A DNA stretch of 63,981 nt, filler included, from Candidatus Woesearchaeota archaeon (GCA_018221205.1; 7 parts of 7 records of this genome joined end to end with filler, not necessarily neighbours in it), one strand, 5' to 3'; shown: positions 8,105 to 19,441, counted from the first letter of the whole stretch. The notes: generated from the letters alone by a model not told the origin. Numbers and translations are program-made.

Positions 8105-11100
8105 AGGGAGGTATCTTCTTCAGTATAGATGCGCTCATAGCGTCAATCATATTGATATCCGCACTTCTCATCTTATCGACACTCTATATCGAAGAATCAA
8201 ATACCCGTCATTTGAGCTCTATTTCCAATGATGCGTTAGGTGTTTTTTCAGAGATGCGTATCGGAGAGATCAATAATAGTTATGTTGATTATCTGTTCTC
8301 GCAAGGAGAGATAAAAGACGCTAACCTTACCCTCATCGAGCAGCTTGGCGAACTTTGGGCCTTGAACAAGACTACGCTTGCCACTAATCTGGCAAAAAAC
8401 CTTACTGAATATCTTTTCCCTAGGAATTTTGGATTCGGCATCGTGATAGGCAATGAAGTATTATATGAAAGAAACTTTTCTACTAAGCATAACATCATCG
8501 CCTCACGGAAGATGATTTCAGGCTACGAAAAGACAAAACCCCTCAAAGGATCAACGTCTCGTTCATATCTCAAAGGAATCAAAGAAAAGACATTCTCATC
8601 CTATGCCTATTTAGGCGGTTTCATCGGCCAGGGCAACCTTTCTGTCTTGGTCAGTGATGTCCCCGCAGGTGTTGCGTTGGATAGCATGTATATGGAGCTT
8701 GACGCAGGCAGCAATTTCAACCTTTTCATCAATAATATTCAATGCAACGGGACCTATTCTCCGTCTGGAGGCACCATGACTGCAGATGGATGGAACATCA
8801 GCATGTGCATGCCTTCATTCAATACAGGTGCAGTCAACACGTTTAAGATTTTCTTCCCCGGAGTTATCACTTCATCTTTTGTCGGCGGAGGGTTCATTAG
8901 GGTGTCCTACACGACTGATGAATTCGTCCCTCCGGCTCCCGAAAAGGAAAAGACAGAATGGCTTCCTGGGATTTCAGGCATCATCAACCTCTACTCCTCG
9001 ATATTCGTTCCAGGCACGCTTGATAGTATGCAAGTCTACCTGCACTTCCTGGCAAACACCCTGAATAACTCCAACACCGTTTATCTCATGATAGGAAACA
9101 CCACAGTCTATCGATCGACTGATTTCAGTGGAGACCAGATCGTCAGCATGCAGGACATAAATCTCACCAAATTCCTCAATTACACTGAATTGAATATGCG
9201 CACTATCCCCATAAGGATAGGCTTTGAGAACGTCAGCTTTCAGACATTCTTCGAAGGCAATGGGGACGTCATGATCATAACCGACGTCTCAGGAAGCATG
9301 GACTGGCGGATGGATGTAGACAATGTGAACGGTGTACGAAGGAACTGCAATGACACCGATCTTGATAATCTGAGTACTGCCCGCTTGAGCATCGCAAAAT
9401 GTCTTGACAAAGAGTTTGCAAGAGATATCATCAATTCAACTGGTAATAGGGTAGGCCTGGTCTCTTATGACAGCTCAACCCACAATGGGGAAACGGTCTT
9501 GCCTACATCTGATTTAAACCAGATTGACACAATAATAGGTAATGCCTCGCCTGAGACTGGTTATGAGGCGTCTGGCGGAACATGTATCTGTTGTGGAATA
9601 AACTCTGCCAAGGATGTGTTAGTTGCTGAAATAGGGAACATCTCCCTCATCTCACCTAATTCCTTATGGAGGTATAATAACTTCAGCCTAAGCAGTACGC
9701 CTCCCAACGATCCACTGAATAATTCATGGTATGATGCAGATTATACGCTCGAATCAGGATGGTATGTTGGAGCTTCTGTATTGGGTGCAACAAATGGATT
9801 TGCCTACGCATTTCCTGTGATAACTGAGATGGGTTCGTCCTTGACTGGGTCTCGGGTGTATGCGAATCTTTGGGAAAACAGTGGGGATAGTGTTGGAGCC
9901 CCGAATGATTTTTCTTCTGGTACATTGAACACGACTGGAAATACGTATGGGATTGGGGGCAATGATGATGGTTGGGACACTGATTCTCCAAGAAATGGTA
10001 CAGGGCCATTCGGATATGATGATGATGTAGATTACAACAACTTGGTAACTTATGGGGGTTCCCAGGGTTATGTATTGGAATTCGATAACAATTACCAAGG
10101 TAATGGAAATCAGTGTACAAACTTTGACTGCTCTGCCGCATACGGTATTATGGTAAATATCACTCCTGCCTTGTTTAATATATTGCAATCAAATGGTGAA
10201 GCCCATATCTCGTTCTATTATCAATGGGATGATCGGAATAATAACGTCTTCCGCAGTACGAATGATCAAGTATGGATAAAATCACGATGGACCTCTCCTG
10301 TTTCTGGTGGCCATGACCTCGGGACAAACCTTGATGCTGGACATAGCGGAGCTGATGCCTCCGTCGAAATTGAGACCCGGGACAATCCAGATAACGACTT
10401 TTCAGGATTCTACTCGCAGAACATTACCGCATGGATAGAATCTCCCGGTCTCTATTACTTTGAGATAGGTGGAAAGCTGCAGGCTACACCATATTGGTTT
10501 TATGATTTTGAGAAATGGGGGTGGTGGCGGTTCGATGATATCCAAATCGAGATAAGCAATGTAACTGATTATTACTACTTGAGAAAGGATTTCAACATCA
10601 CAAATATCTCACAGGTCAAGAAAGGTGTCCTTAATGTACTCTCTGATGATGCAGCTGCAGTCTACATCAATGGTGTTGAAGTCGACGTTGATTACGGATC
10701 TCATATGGGAGATCAGTGGAATAGACGGGGAAAGAATATTAATGGCAATGTATTCAGAGAAGGGAAAAATGTGATTGCTGCCGAATTGAGAAATTCGGCA
10801 TTAGCTGCAAAGTTCGACGTAGAATTGATCGGCCTAAATAACTCAAGAGATACTGCAATGATGGTCATGACTGATGGTGTCGCAAATGAAGATGCTGGCT
10901 GTCCCCAGACAGGCACGCCTTCAGAGGAAGCGATTGAAGCAGCCTGCGAAGCACGTGAAGATTATGGTATCACTGTCTATGCTGTCGGTTATAGTGCATC
11001 CTCAGATGTCGCGACCCTGCAATCTATAGCTCAATGCGGAGATGGGCTGTTTGCGCAGAGCAGCAATGTGACTGCACTGCAGGAATTCTATGAAGATGTG

Positions 11101-11895
11101 GCCCTGCTTATCGTTTCCGCGACCAGACACAGCCAGACGATCGAAGTAGAAGGAACATTGTTTGACAGCACGCTCTATGATGATTCCTACATCTGGTTCA
11201 ATTTCACTCCTGGTGTGGCCCCTCCACAATTCGGGGAGATTGCGTTGAGGTTTGAAGAGAGTAATTTCACAAACTGTTCTTTCAATGTCAATATCCCGAG
11301 CCAGATCAGGATATCAGAGGCAAGGTTGACGTCATATTCATCTGAACATTGGGCTGACGGGCTGATAATGAACAACAAGGATGTATATAACTTAAGTTCA
11401 TTCCATACTGATTATACTCCCCTCGGAGATCCTTTTATTATCGACATCCCTCCATCGATGCTCAATGGAGGCTCAAACTCATTTTATGTCCGGACCGGTG
11501 ACGATCCCTATAATACGACCGGCTGCTCTCTGAATAATACTTTCCTCTATACTGGCCTGGTAGACTCATCGATATCCTACAGTTCAGTATTACCGAAGGC
11601 AGATGGCTGCCGTTGGACGATTGAGACTGAGGGTTCGGGAAACATCACTGCAAGGGTTCCCTCAGACTATAGTGGAGGGAAGAACTGTTATTATACCAAC
11701 TCATTATTCAGCTATGATAGTGAAGATAGTATAGATCTTGCAGTATTCAATCTGCTCTCGAATTTGGACTTTGATAGCGACGGAAGGATTGACATCAATA
11801 TTGAAGAGCAGGATCTTGAGATTGAATCCCTTTCAGTGACGCAAGTGCCGTTCCTGTGGGGACCTGCAGTGGTAGAGGTCAGGGCATGGCAATAG
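8095..11895 (+). CDS. Large pilin-like adhesin with vWA domain and inserted carbohydrate-binding-like domains
   Basis: N-terminus KGGIFFSIDA; MIDAS residues DVSGS, GGT and MTDG; YYLRKDF...DDAAAVYING jelly-roll-like segment. Confidence 0.75.
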   Translation: MGMKGGIFFSIDALIASIILISALLILSTLYIEESNTRHLSSISNDALGVFSEMRIGEINNSYVDYLFSQGEIKDANLTLIEQLGELWALNKTTLATNLAKNLTEYLFPRNFGFGIVIGNEVLYERNFSTKHNIIASRKMISGYEKTKPLKGSTSRSYLKGIKEKTFSSYAYLGGFIGQGNLSVLVSDVPAGVALDSMYMELDAGSNFNLFINNIQCNGTYSPSGGTMTADGWNISMCMPSFNTGAVNTFKIFFPGVITSSFVGGGFIRVSYTTDEFVPPAPEKEKTEWLPGISGIINLYSSIFVPGTLDSMQVYLHFLANTLNNSNTVYLMIGNTTVYRSTDFSGDQIVSMQDINLTKFLNYTELNMRTIPIRIGFENVSFQTFFEGNGDVMIITDVSGSMDWRMDVDNVNGVRRNCNDTDLDNLSTARLSIAKCLDKEFARDIINSTGNRVGLVSYDSSTHNGETVLPTSDLNQIDTIIGNASPETGYEASGGTCICCGINSAKDVLVAEIGNISLISPNSLWRYNNFSLSSTPPNDPLNNSWYDADYTLESGWYVGASVLGATNGFAYAFPVITEMGSSLTGSRVYANLWENSGDSVGAPNDFSSGTLNTTGNTYGIGGNDDGWDTDSPRNGTGPFGYDDDVDYNNLVTYGGSQGYVLEFDNNYQGNGNQCTNFDCSAAYGIMVNITPALFNILQSNGEAHISFYYQWDDRNNNVFRSTNDQVWIKSRWTSPVSGGHDLGTNLDAGHSGADASVEIETRDNPDNDFSGFYSQNITAWIESPGLYYFEIGGKLQATPYWFYDFEKWGWWRFDDIQIEISNVTDYYYLRKDFNITNISQVKKGVLNVLSDDAAAVYINGVEVDVDYGSHMGDQWNRRGKNINGNVFREGKNVIAAELRNSALAAKFDVELIGLNNSRDTAMMVMTDGVANEDAGCPQTGTPSEEAIEAACEAREDYGITVYAVGYSASSDVATLQSIAQCGDGLFAQSSNVTALQEFYEDVALLIVSATRHSQTIEVEGTLFDSTLYDDSYIWFNFTPGVAPPQFGEIALRFEESNFTNCSFNVNIPSQIRISEARLTSYSSEHWADGLIMNNKDVYNLSSFHTDYTPLGDPFIIDIPPSMLNGGSNSFYVRTGDDPYNTTGCSLNNTFLYTGLVDSSISYSSVLPKADGCRWTIETEGSGNITARVPSDYSGGKNCYYTNSLFSYDSEDSIDLAVFNLLSNLDFDSDGRIDINIEEQDLEIESLSVTQVPFLWGPAVVEVRAWQ

Positions 11896-12824
11896 GGAAA
11901 AAATCTGCCTTCTTCACGATCGTCAGCATTATCCTCGTAGCCGGATTGCTGTTCTTCTATGTATCAAGCAATAGGTACTCTGAAAAGGAAAGAAGCCGCG
12001 TCATTACAATAAGGGTAGCAACGATGAATTCTTTTATCAATGACATTGAGCACGATATTGAGAGGGGGTTGTTCATCTCATCGATGAGGTCTCTTATCGG
12101 CATGACCGAGTATGTGGCAGAGAACGGAACATTCTATACTGATTTTGAAGCGTCATTCAATGAGGCCATTTTCAACGGCACCGCCGATGGGATGCCTCTG
12201 AATCTTACCTTTAACTCCCATTTCGGGACGTGGATGGAGAAAGTGACAGATATCGGCTCTAAGCTTGATTTGAGAATCACTACAGCCGGCATGAAGGTAG
12301 TTCCGTTCCATGATGACCCATGGAGACTGAAAGTGACTGTGATAGGGACAATAAATATAACTGATAGGAAAGGGCTCGCCTCATGGAAAAGGGTATTGAA
12401 CGTCACAACTGCCTTAGACATCCAGGATTTTGAGGATCCATTATACACCATTATCAGCTCTGGTAAGCTCACTAATCAGGTCATCGCAACAGGTGTAACT
12501 GATTTTGTAGACGGCTCTGATGCCTCAAATCTCATAACCCATGCAAATAATTCATTATACATTGCTTCGTCGTCAGCCCCTAGCTTCTTGATGAGGTTCG
12601 AAGGCAATTTAAGTCCTTCTCCTTATGGTATTGAGAGCATTGTAGACATACCCACATTACAGGTCGTTGCTCCCACGCTTTATGACGGAAGCAGCAGCAC
12701 TATCGACTACATCTTTTTCGGCGTACAGGATGCCGGCTGCCAGGTCAACCAGACCAAGACAGAACTGCCTTGGCTCAGGCTCGACAACCCCCATCTACCG
12801 ACATATGAGTCCACTTGCAGCTAG
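11886..12824 (+). CDS. Pilin-like protein
   Basis: KKSAFFT followed by a hydrophobic helix; EDPLY and APSFLMRFEG segments; operon context. Confidence 0.7.
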   Translation: MAIGKKSAFFTIVSIILVAGLLFFYVSSNRYSEKERSRVITIRVATMNSFINDIEHDIERGLFISSMRSLIGMTEYVAENGTFYTDFEASFNEAIFNGTADGMPLNLTFNSHFGTWMEKVTDIGSKLDLRITTAGMKVVPFHDDPWRLKVTVIGTINITDRKGLASWKRVLNVTTALDIQDFEDPLYTIISSGKLTNQVIATGVTDFVDGSDASNLITHANNSLYIASSSAPSFLMRFEGNLSPSPYGIESIVDIPTLQVVAPTLYDGSSSTIDYIFFGVQDAGCQVNQTKTELPWLRLDNPHLPTYESTCS

Positions 12825-12869
12825 AATCTCTCCGGAAAGTTTTTAAATCCCCCTTCTAAATAAGGAGAC

Positions 12870-14024
12870 ATGGTTAAAGAGAGCTCTATAATAGAGACTG
12901 GAGTAGATAAGCTCGTTGAGATTATCCGTGCAAAAAGAAGGATTTCTGTGCAGGACGCTTCAAAGATGCTTGGTGTAGGAGAAGTAGTAGTGGAAGAATG
13001 GGCAGATTTTCTTGAGGAAGAGGGCATCATAAGCATTGAATATCGGTTCGCCACCCCTTATCTTGTCGAAAGGAAGCTCACCAAGCAAGAGATCAAATCA
13101 AAAGAGAAGGAATTCCATGGTGAGAAAGAAGGGTTCATTAGGAAAGCAGAAGTCACGCTGGCCCTGCTTGATAGGGAAGGAGAGACTTTCCAGAAATTCA
13201 AGGCAAACTTTGATGACCTCAAGAAAGAGCTCGGTTCTGATTTGAAGAATGTTGAAGGTGAGTTAAGAGAGCTGGAAAAATTCGAGGACCTCAAGAAAGG
13301 GGTTGACAAACAGATCATTGAGCATGAGAAAGAATTCAGGAATAAGATCGATGTCTTTGAGAAAGAGATTGAAAGGGAGGAACAGAAATATCTTGTCATT
13401 GTAGACAATCTGAACAGGGAGGAAGAGAAGCTCGATAAGCAACGATTAGAGACGCTCTCTCTGAGGGAAAAGGAGATGAATGTCAGGAAGAAGCTGGCAC
13501 AGTTCCAGGAATACATCTCAAAGATCAATCAGGCAGTGAAGCAGGAAGAGGCTGTTTTAGATGATGGTGAGACAAGGATAAAGAACCTCAAGAGTATGGC
13601 TGAACGCATTAAGAAAGATATCCAATCCAAAGGTGGAAAGGGAAAGATGCTCATGAAAGAAGGGACTCTTCATAAAAAGAAGATTTTCGAGATACAGAAA
13701 GCCGTTCTTGATAAAGTGGTGAAGAACAAGGATTATATCACGAAGCAGATTGAGGAAAGCAGAGTTTCTACAAAGAAGTTCAGGGAATTTTTCAACAGGA
13801 AGACAGAAATAGAAAACTTGTTAAAGACCCTTGAGAAAGAAAAAGACCAGCTGGAGCTGGAATTGATTAAGCTGATAAAGAAGGCAAAAGCCCTTCATCT
13901 TGCCTCAACCTCAGCCGGGCTGAAAGGCCATGTAAAAGAGCTTGAGACCACTTTTGAAGATATCAAGAAGAAGAAAGGAAGATTCGAGCAGAATATGACC
14001 AAGCTTAGTTCATTATTTAAATGA
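12870..14024 (+). CDS. Coiled-coil protein with N-terminal winged-helix-like domain
   Basis: IETGVDKLV...VEEWADFLEEEG followed by long E/K-rich heptads. Confidence 0.7.
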   Translation: MVKESSIIETGVDKLVEIIRAKRRISVQDASKMLGVGEVVVEEWADFLEEEGIISIEYRFATPYLVERKLTKQEIKSKEKEFHGEKEGFIRKAEVTLALLDREGETFQKFKANFDDLKKELGSDLKNVEGELRELEKFEDLKKGVDKQIIEHEKEFRNKIDVFEKEIEREEQKYLVIVDNLNREEEKLDKQRLETLSLREKEMNVRKKLAQFQEYISKINQAVKQEEAVLDDGETRIKNLKSMAERIKKDIQSKGGKGKMLMKEGTLHKKKIFEIQKAVLDKVVKNKDYITKQIEESRVSTKKFREFFNRKTEIENLLKTLEKEKDQLELELIKLIKKAKALHLASTSAGLKGHVKELETTFEDIKKKKGRFEQNMTKLSSLFK

Positions 14025-15134
14025 AAAAAGTTGCAAAAAAAGAGGTGGTAAAGCAGACGAAGTCTGCTAAAGGACAGGATACGGTTATTGAGGAATATGA
14101 ATTCAATTCTGATAATATTCCTGTTGTCATCCGTATTTTTAGGAGTCCCCATGAATTCGTCCCTATCTATAAAATATCCATTTCCAGCATCTCTGCGAAC
14201 ACCGAAATCATTCTGGAAAGGATAAGGAAAGAGCTCATCAAAGAAGTCAACCTAGGTATGGTCGCCCTGACTGACCAGAATAGAGAGGGCCTGGCAGAGC
14301 GACGTTTTAAAGAGACTATTGTCAGCCTTATCAAGAAATATTTCCCTGATGTCGGGGAAAAGACCGTCGAATTTCTCTCTTCTTATCTTATACAGAAAAG
14401 CTTAGGGATGGGTAATGTCGAGATTCTTGATGATGATCCCTATCTTGAGGAGATCTGCATAAATAACGCAAATGAGCCTGTCTGGGTCTATCATAAGAAG
14501 CACGGCTGGCTCAAGACGAATGTTGTCCTGAAGGATGAGGATCAGATTAAGCATTATTCTTCCATGCTTGGAAGGAAGGTCGGCAGGCAGATCTCTATTC
14601 TCGATCCTTTGATGGATGCGAATATCGAGGCAGGAGACCGAGTGAACGCGACATTGAGGCCTATATCGACAAAAGGCAATACGATCACATTGAGAAAGTT
14701 CTCTGCCAAGCCCTGGACCATAACCGATTTCATCAGGGAAAGGACAATTTCCATTCCGGCTGCAGCCTTTCTCTGGCATTGCATCCAATATGAGCTCTCT
14801 ACATTGATCGCAGGGGGTACTGCTTCTGGAAAGACATCTATGCTAAATGTCATCACAAATTTCTTCCCTCCTAATCAAAGGATCATAAGCATAGAAGACA
14901 CGAGAGAGGTCCGGCTGCCAAAATTCCTCCATTGGGTCCCCCTATCGACAAGACAGCCCAATACTGAAGGCAAAGGAGGTATTTCAATGCTCGATCTCCT
15001 TGTCAACAGCTTGCGTATGCGCCCTGATAGGATCATCGTAGGTGAGATTAGAAGAAAAAAAGAGGCCCAAATCTTATTTGAAGCTATCCATACCGGCCAT
15101 TCTGTCTTCGCCACAGTGCACGCGAATAACACCA
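14021..15134 (+). CDS. Type II/IV secretion (pilus assembly) ATPase, TadA/CpaF/FlaI-like, 3' truncated
   Basis: GGTASGKT, SIEDTRE, LRMRPDRIIVGE and HTGH..ATVHA motifs. Confidence 0.93.
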
Positions 15135-15235
15135 NNNNNNNNNNNNNNNNNNNNNNNNNNNNNNNNNNNNNNNNNNNNTTAATTAATTAANNNNNNNNNN
15201 NNNNNNNNNNNNNNNNNNNNNNNNNNNNNNNNNNG

Positions 15236-15748
15236 ATGGGCTTTGTCAGAGTGAAAAAAATCAAGGGAAAGGAGTATGCTTACCTTGTTGAGAACACCTG
15301 GAAGAAGAGAAAGAAGGCTGCGAGACAGAAAGTAAGCAAGTATCTTGGCAAGGTTGTTCGATTTGATAAGGTCAAAGATTCTGATTTCTTTTCTTTTGTT
15401 GGAAAAAAGCCTGAAGAGTATAAGAATACGAAAGAAGGTATGTTGAAAGATCTTATCAGATATGAGCTTCTTCTTCGGGGTTTTAGTGAGGAAGGTATGT
15501 TGTTGAAGAAGGATACTCTTATTTTTGATCTGAATCAGAAAAGATTTATCGACAAAGGAAAGGAAAAGAAACTTGTTATAGAGATGAATGAAGGATTTCT
15601 CTGCAAACATACTTTGCGTAAAGTTCTGAGCTTCCGCTCCTTTGAGGAGGATGAACGGGAGAAGGGAATAAAACTTGCTAAGATCCTCTTAGAAACTGGG
15701 TTAAAGGTCCCTCAGGAAATATTCATTTCCTTTTTCGAGAAGATTTAG
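15236..15748 (+). CDS. Hypothetical basic protein
   Basis: 170-aa ORF with no catalytic motif recognised. Confidence 0.65.
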   Translation: MGFVRVKKIKGKEYAYLVENTWKKRKKAARQKVSKYLGKVVRFDKVKDSDFFSFVGKKPEEYKNTKEGMLKDLIRYELLLRGFSEEGMLLKKDTLIFDLNQKRFIDKGKEKKLVIEMNEGFLCKHTLRKVLSFRSFEEDEREKGIKLAKILLETGLKVPQEIFISFFEKI

Positions 15749-16265
15749 TCTTTTTGATCCTTTTCAGCTTGCCCATGAGCTTCTGCTCTTCTGAAGGGAG
15801 TTCTGCAAGCTCTTTCAATGAGTCTGTCTTTGTTCTCTTTTTTGCCATCAAACTCTTCAAGGCGGCATCTTTCGGCTTTTTGGCCATGACCCTCAATTGG
15901 GAGATGGGTTGCTTGAGCCTTCTTTTTTTAAATGTCCTCGGTCTCTTGGCCATGCTCTTTAGGCTGGAAAGGTCTTGCCTTTTCTTTGGTGCTGGCTTTT
16001 TTTGAGGTTTTGGAGGGGCCTTTTTTGGAGCTGGTTTTGGAAGCACCGTTTCTGTGGCTGACTTTGGAAGCACCATCTTTGGCTCAGGTTCTAATGCTTC
16101 TTCATGTATCTTCAGAGCACTATCGTGCTCTTTCCTCTCTTCATCAGCCTCTTCCACTTCCAGGCCATCAACCAATGAGCCTTCTCTCTTTTTCTTTCGC
16201 CAGAGATAAAAGATGACAGCTGCTACTGCGAGAAAGAATATGAGGATTAAGATAGGAATGAGCAT
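15723..16265 (-). CDS. Membrane-anchored Lys/Pro-rich hypothetical protein
   Basis: N-terminal TM helix and low-complexity tail. Confidence 0.65.
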   Translation of the reverse strand: MLIPILILIFFLAVAAVIFYLWRKKKREGSLVDGLEVEEADEERKEHDSALKIHEEALEPEPKMVLPKSATETVLPKPAPKKAPPKPQKKPAPKKRQDLSSLKSMAKRPRTFKKRRLKQPISQLRVMAKKPKDAALKSLMAKKRTKTDSLKELAELPSEEQKLMGKLKRIKKTKSSRKRK

Positions 16266-16343
16266 GAAAGATTTTCTGACAGAGAATTATTTAATGGTTT
16301 TGATTTCACAAACTATTTAAAGCTCTTATGAGTGTTTTGGCTT

Positions 16344-17015
16344 ATGGGGGACAGGTTTCATGTCGGCATCATCCTAGATGGGAATAGAAGGTATGCTGAA
16401 AGAGAAAAGATGAAGCCGTGGATGGGCCATCATTATGGCGCAAGAAATCTGAGCGAGCTCATCAGGAAATGCAAGCATCTGCCTATAAGCCAGCTCACTC
16501 TCTACTGCTTCTCTATGGAGAATTTCGACCGGAGCGCAAAAGAGAAAAAGGAGCTGTTTAAGCTTATCCGGAAACATTTCGCGAAACTTGAAGACAGCCC
16601 TCGGATCAATGATATAAGACTGAATTTCATCGGACGATTGGAATTGTTTCCTAAAGATATGCAAGAGCTGATGAGACGGTTGATGAGAAAGACGAAGAAG
16701 CATACTCACTACACTGTCACCTTTGCCATGGGATATGGCGGCAGGCAGGAGATTGTCGATTCTGTAAAGAAGATCATAAAGAAGAAGATAAAGAAGATAG
16801 ATGAAGAGACTATTGCCAAGCACCTCTATATGCAAGATGAGCCAGACCTGATCATCAGGCCTGGCGGTGAAAAGAGGACGAGCAATTTCCTGATGTGGCA
16901 AAGTGCCTACTCCGAATGGATATTCATACCAAAATTGTGGCCAGAGTTCAGCGAAAGAGATATGGAAAGGGCACTTGAGATGTATAGGAAGAGGAAGAGA
17001 AGGTTCGGCACATGA
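16344..17015 (+). CDS. uppS: cis-prenyltransferase (polyprenyl diphosphate synthase)
   Basis: HVGIILDGNRR, FSMENFDR, YGGRQEI and RTSNFLMWQSAYSE motifs. Confidence 0.95.
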   Translation: MGDRFHVGIILDGNRRYAEREKMKPWMGHHYGARNLSELIRKCKHLPISQLTLYCFSMENFDRSAKEKKELFKLIRKHFAKLEDSPRINDIRLNFIGRLELFPKDMQELMRRLMRKTKKHTHYTVTFAMGYGGRQEIVDSVKKIIKKKIKKIDEETIAKHLYMQDEPDLIIRPGGEKRTSNFLMWQSAYSEWIFIPKLWPEFSERDMERALEMYRKRKRRFGT

Positions 17016-18280
17016 AAGAACTTCTAAAAAAAGCTGCTGAGCAGCTTAAAGAGAAGGACAGGATCAGAGTGATCAGCCATTATGATGCTGACGGCATCAG
17101 TGCTGCTTCAATATTTGTAAGGATGCTGCAGAAACTTGGGAAGGAATTCATTGTGAGCATTGTCCCTGGTTTGGATAAAGGTGTGCTTACTCAATTGGCC
17201 AAGGAAGAGTATTCTACTTTTGTCTTTCTGGACCTTGGCTCTGGGAGCATAGCTGATATTGAGGAATTATTTGCTGGCAAGGATGTCTTTGTCCTGGATC
17301 ATCATGTCCCGAGCAGCAAAGCTCAGGAGATTATCCATGTCAATCCTCACTTATTCGGCCTTGATGGCGGCACTGAACTCAGCGCTTCAAGCTTATGTTA
17401 TCTGTTCTGCAAAGAACTTACTGATATAACAGAGATGGCTCACATCGCGCTAGTGGGAGCATTGGGGGATCTTCAAGAACCTTTTTCACCTTATCATGAA
17501 ACCATCCTTAAAGAATCAGATGTGGAAGTGAAAAAAGGTATCAGGCTCTACGGCGGCTCGAGGCCTTTGCTGAAAGCGTTGGAGTTCAGCTCGTTTTTTG
17601 AGAGCAGGGAAGAAGCAGAGATTTTTGTGGAAAAATTAGGCATCAGTCCAGAGAAGAAAGTGAATGAGCTGAATGAAGAAGATGTCACCAAATTACAGGA
17701 GGCGCTTTCAGTGGACAACAAAGAAGTCCTATGGAACATCTACTCCAGAAAAGATGATGATCATTATAAGGATCTGAGAGAGTTTGTTACGATCCTGAAT
17801 GCCTGTGGAAAGATGAACAAGCCTTCTTTGGGGATAGCTGCCTGCTTAGGTGGATTGAGGGAGAAAGCTGTCGGCTGCTTATTTGAGTACAGGCAGGAGA
17901 TTCTGAAGGCTCGCGAGTGGTTCAAGGCCAACAGGAAAGGAAAGAGAATCATCGATAAAGAGGGCTTTGTCATCATCAATGCGCAGGATAAGATCATGGG
18001 GGCGTTGATCGGGACATTGGCCTCGATGCTGAAGGAAGAAAAAGGCACGATCATTGGGTTGTCCCATGTTGAGGAGAAAACAAAGGTGAGCATGAGAAGC
18101 AAGACCATTGATGCTCAAGCCACCCTTAAAGCGCTTATCAAGAAACTAGGAAAGGGTCAAAGCGGGGGGCATAAACAAGCTGCTGGAGCATTCATTCCAA
18201 GAGAAAGCGAAGAAGAATTCATTAGGCTGGCAAGCCGACTATTAGAAGAAAAAAGCGTCGAAGAAGAAATTACAGCCTAA
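17012..18280 (+). CDS. RecJ-like DHH/DHHA1 phosphoesterase
   Basis: HYDADG, DLG, DHH and GGHKQAAG motifs. Confidence 0.88.
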   Translation: MKELLKKAAEQLKEKDRIRVISHYDADGISAASIFVRMLQKLGKEFIVSIVPGLDKGVLTQLAKEEYSTFVFLDLGSGSIADIEELFAGKDVFVLDHHVPSSKAQEIIHVNPHLFGLDGGTELSASSLCYLFCKELTDITEMAHIALVGALGDLQEPFSPYHETILKESDVEVKKGIRLYGGSRPLLKALEFSSFFESREEAEIFVEKLGISPEKKVNELNEEDVTKLQEALSVDNKEVLWNIYSRKDDDHYKDLREFVTILNACGKMNKPSLGIAACLGGLREKAVGCLFEYRQEILKAREWFKANRKGKRIIDKEGFVIINAQDKIMGALIGTLASMLKEEKGTIIGLSHVEEKTKVSMRSKTIDAQATLKALIKKLGKGQSGGHKQAAGAFIPRESEEEFIRLASRLLEEKSVEEEITA

Positions 18281-18539
18281 GCCTTATCATGTCTATCTTC
18301 TCAGCCACTTCCTCTCCTTTTTTGGTGAGAGTGAGCAGCTTCAATCTGCCGGTCTTCTCGAAGTTGATTAAACTAGCCTTCTCCATCTCCTGGAGAATCT
18401 TGACCACATGAGAGTACGTACAGTCGATCCTTTTTGCTAATGAGGACGCATAGACATCCATATCAGAATTCTTTAAGTGGACAAGCATCATCGCGGGCTT
18501 TTCGCGGAAAAAAACATTGAAAATCTCCTTGTTCTGCAT
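18270..18539 (-). CDS. Winged-helix transcriptional regulator, MarR-like
   Basis: LAKRIDCTYSHVVKIL...GRLKLLTLTKKG. Confidence 0.8.
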   Translation of the reverse strand: MQNKEIFNVFFREKPAMMLVHLKNSDMDVYASSLAKRIDCTYSHVVKILQEMEKASLINFEKTGRLKLLTLTKKGEEVAEKIDMIRLRL

Positions 18540-18640
18540 TTAGGCATCCCCCATCTATAGTCTCGATTATATATGATTGAATTTATAGGATTGACTAGCG
18601 GTTTTTAAATCTTTTGACACCTCTAATTGAGGGCAATTTT

Positions 18641-19072
18641 CTAAGAAATGCTCTCGAGCTTGATCTTGAAATTAAGCGCCTTTCCTGTTAGTGGATGATT
18701 AAGATCGAGCTTCACCCCTGTATCAAGCACTTCCACGATCTTTGCTGGTGTCTGTGCTCCGTTTGGCAAGGTAACGAGAAGCATCATGCCTGGCTTGAGC
18801 TCTTTGTCTTGAGGAAGCTTATCCTTTGGCACTTCTGTCACTAATTGAGGATTGGGCTGACCATATGCCTGTTCTGGCTTTATGGAAATTTCTTTCTCCT
18901 GGCCTATCTCCATGCCTATAAGAGCATCATCAAAGCCTGGAATGACTTGTTTAGAGCCTACTTCAAATTCCAAGGGCTGGCCATGCTTCTCAGAACTGTC
19001 AAAGACTGTGCCATCATCCAATGTACCCGTATAATTGACTTTTACCTTATCTCCTTTCTTTACTGCCATCAT
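18641..19072 (-). CDS. slyD: FKBP-type peptidyl-prolyl isomerase
   Basis: YTGTLDDGTVFDSS, VIPGFD, PEQAYG and DLNHPL motifs. Confidence 0.9.
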   Translation of the reverse strand: MMAVKKGDKVKVNYTGTLDDGTVFDSSEKHGQPLEFEVGSKQVIPGFDDALIGMEIGQEKEISIKPEQAYGQPNPQLVTEVPKDKLPQDKELKPGMMLLVTLPNGAQTPAKIVEVLDTGVKLDLNHPLTGKALNFKIKLESIS

Positions 19073-19243
19073 ATCAGCTCCCAAAACAAGAAGTTTTGAC
19101 TGTATTTTTGAAAAAATCCTGAGTATATAATAATTTGGTATATAATGTACATTTAGTTTATTTATAAAGGAATTTTCCTCGACGAGAACAATTGGAAAGA
19201 TTTATATATGTTAAACTCTAGAGTGACAAAAAGAGGTGACATT

Positions 19244-19441
19244 ATGGCAGATAAAAGCGTTGTTGGAACAATTGCCCTATGGCTTGTCCTTATTGGCAGT
19301 CTGAATTGGGGCCTAGTAGGAGCGTTTAATTGGAATTTGGTAGAAGTCATTCTTGGCACAGTGCCAGTATTAGTGCAGATAGTCTATATCTTAATGGGAT
19401 TGAGTGCACTGTACATGATCTACGGTGCTGTTAAGAAATAA
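19244..19441 (+). CDS. DUF378 family small membrane protein
   Basis: LVLIGSLNWGLVG...VYILMGLSALY; GAGGTGA RBS. Confidence 0.85.
   Translation: MADKSVVGTIALWLVLIGSLNWGLVGAFNWNLVEVILGTVPVLVQIVYILMGLSALYMIYGAVKK

Noticed and set aside
15236..15748. Transposase-like N-terminus (VKKIKGKEYAYLVE)
   Set aside because: No DDE or HUH catalytic region or terminal repeats seen.
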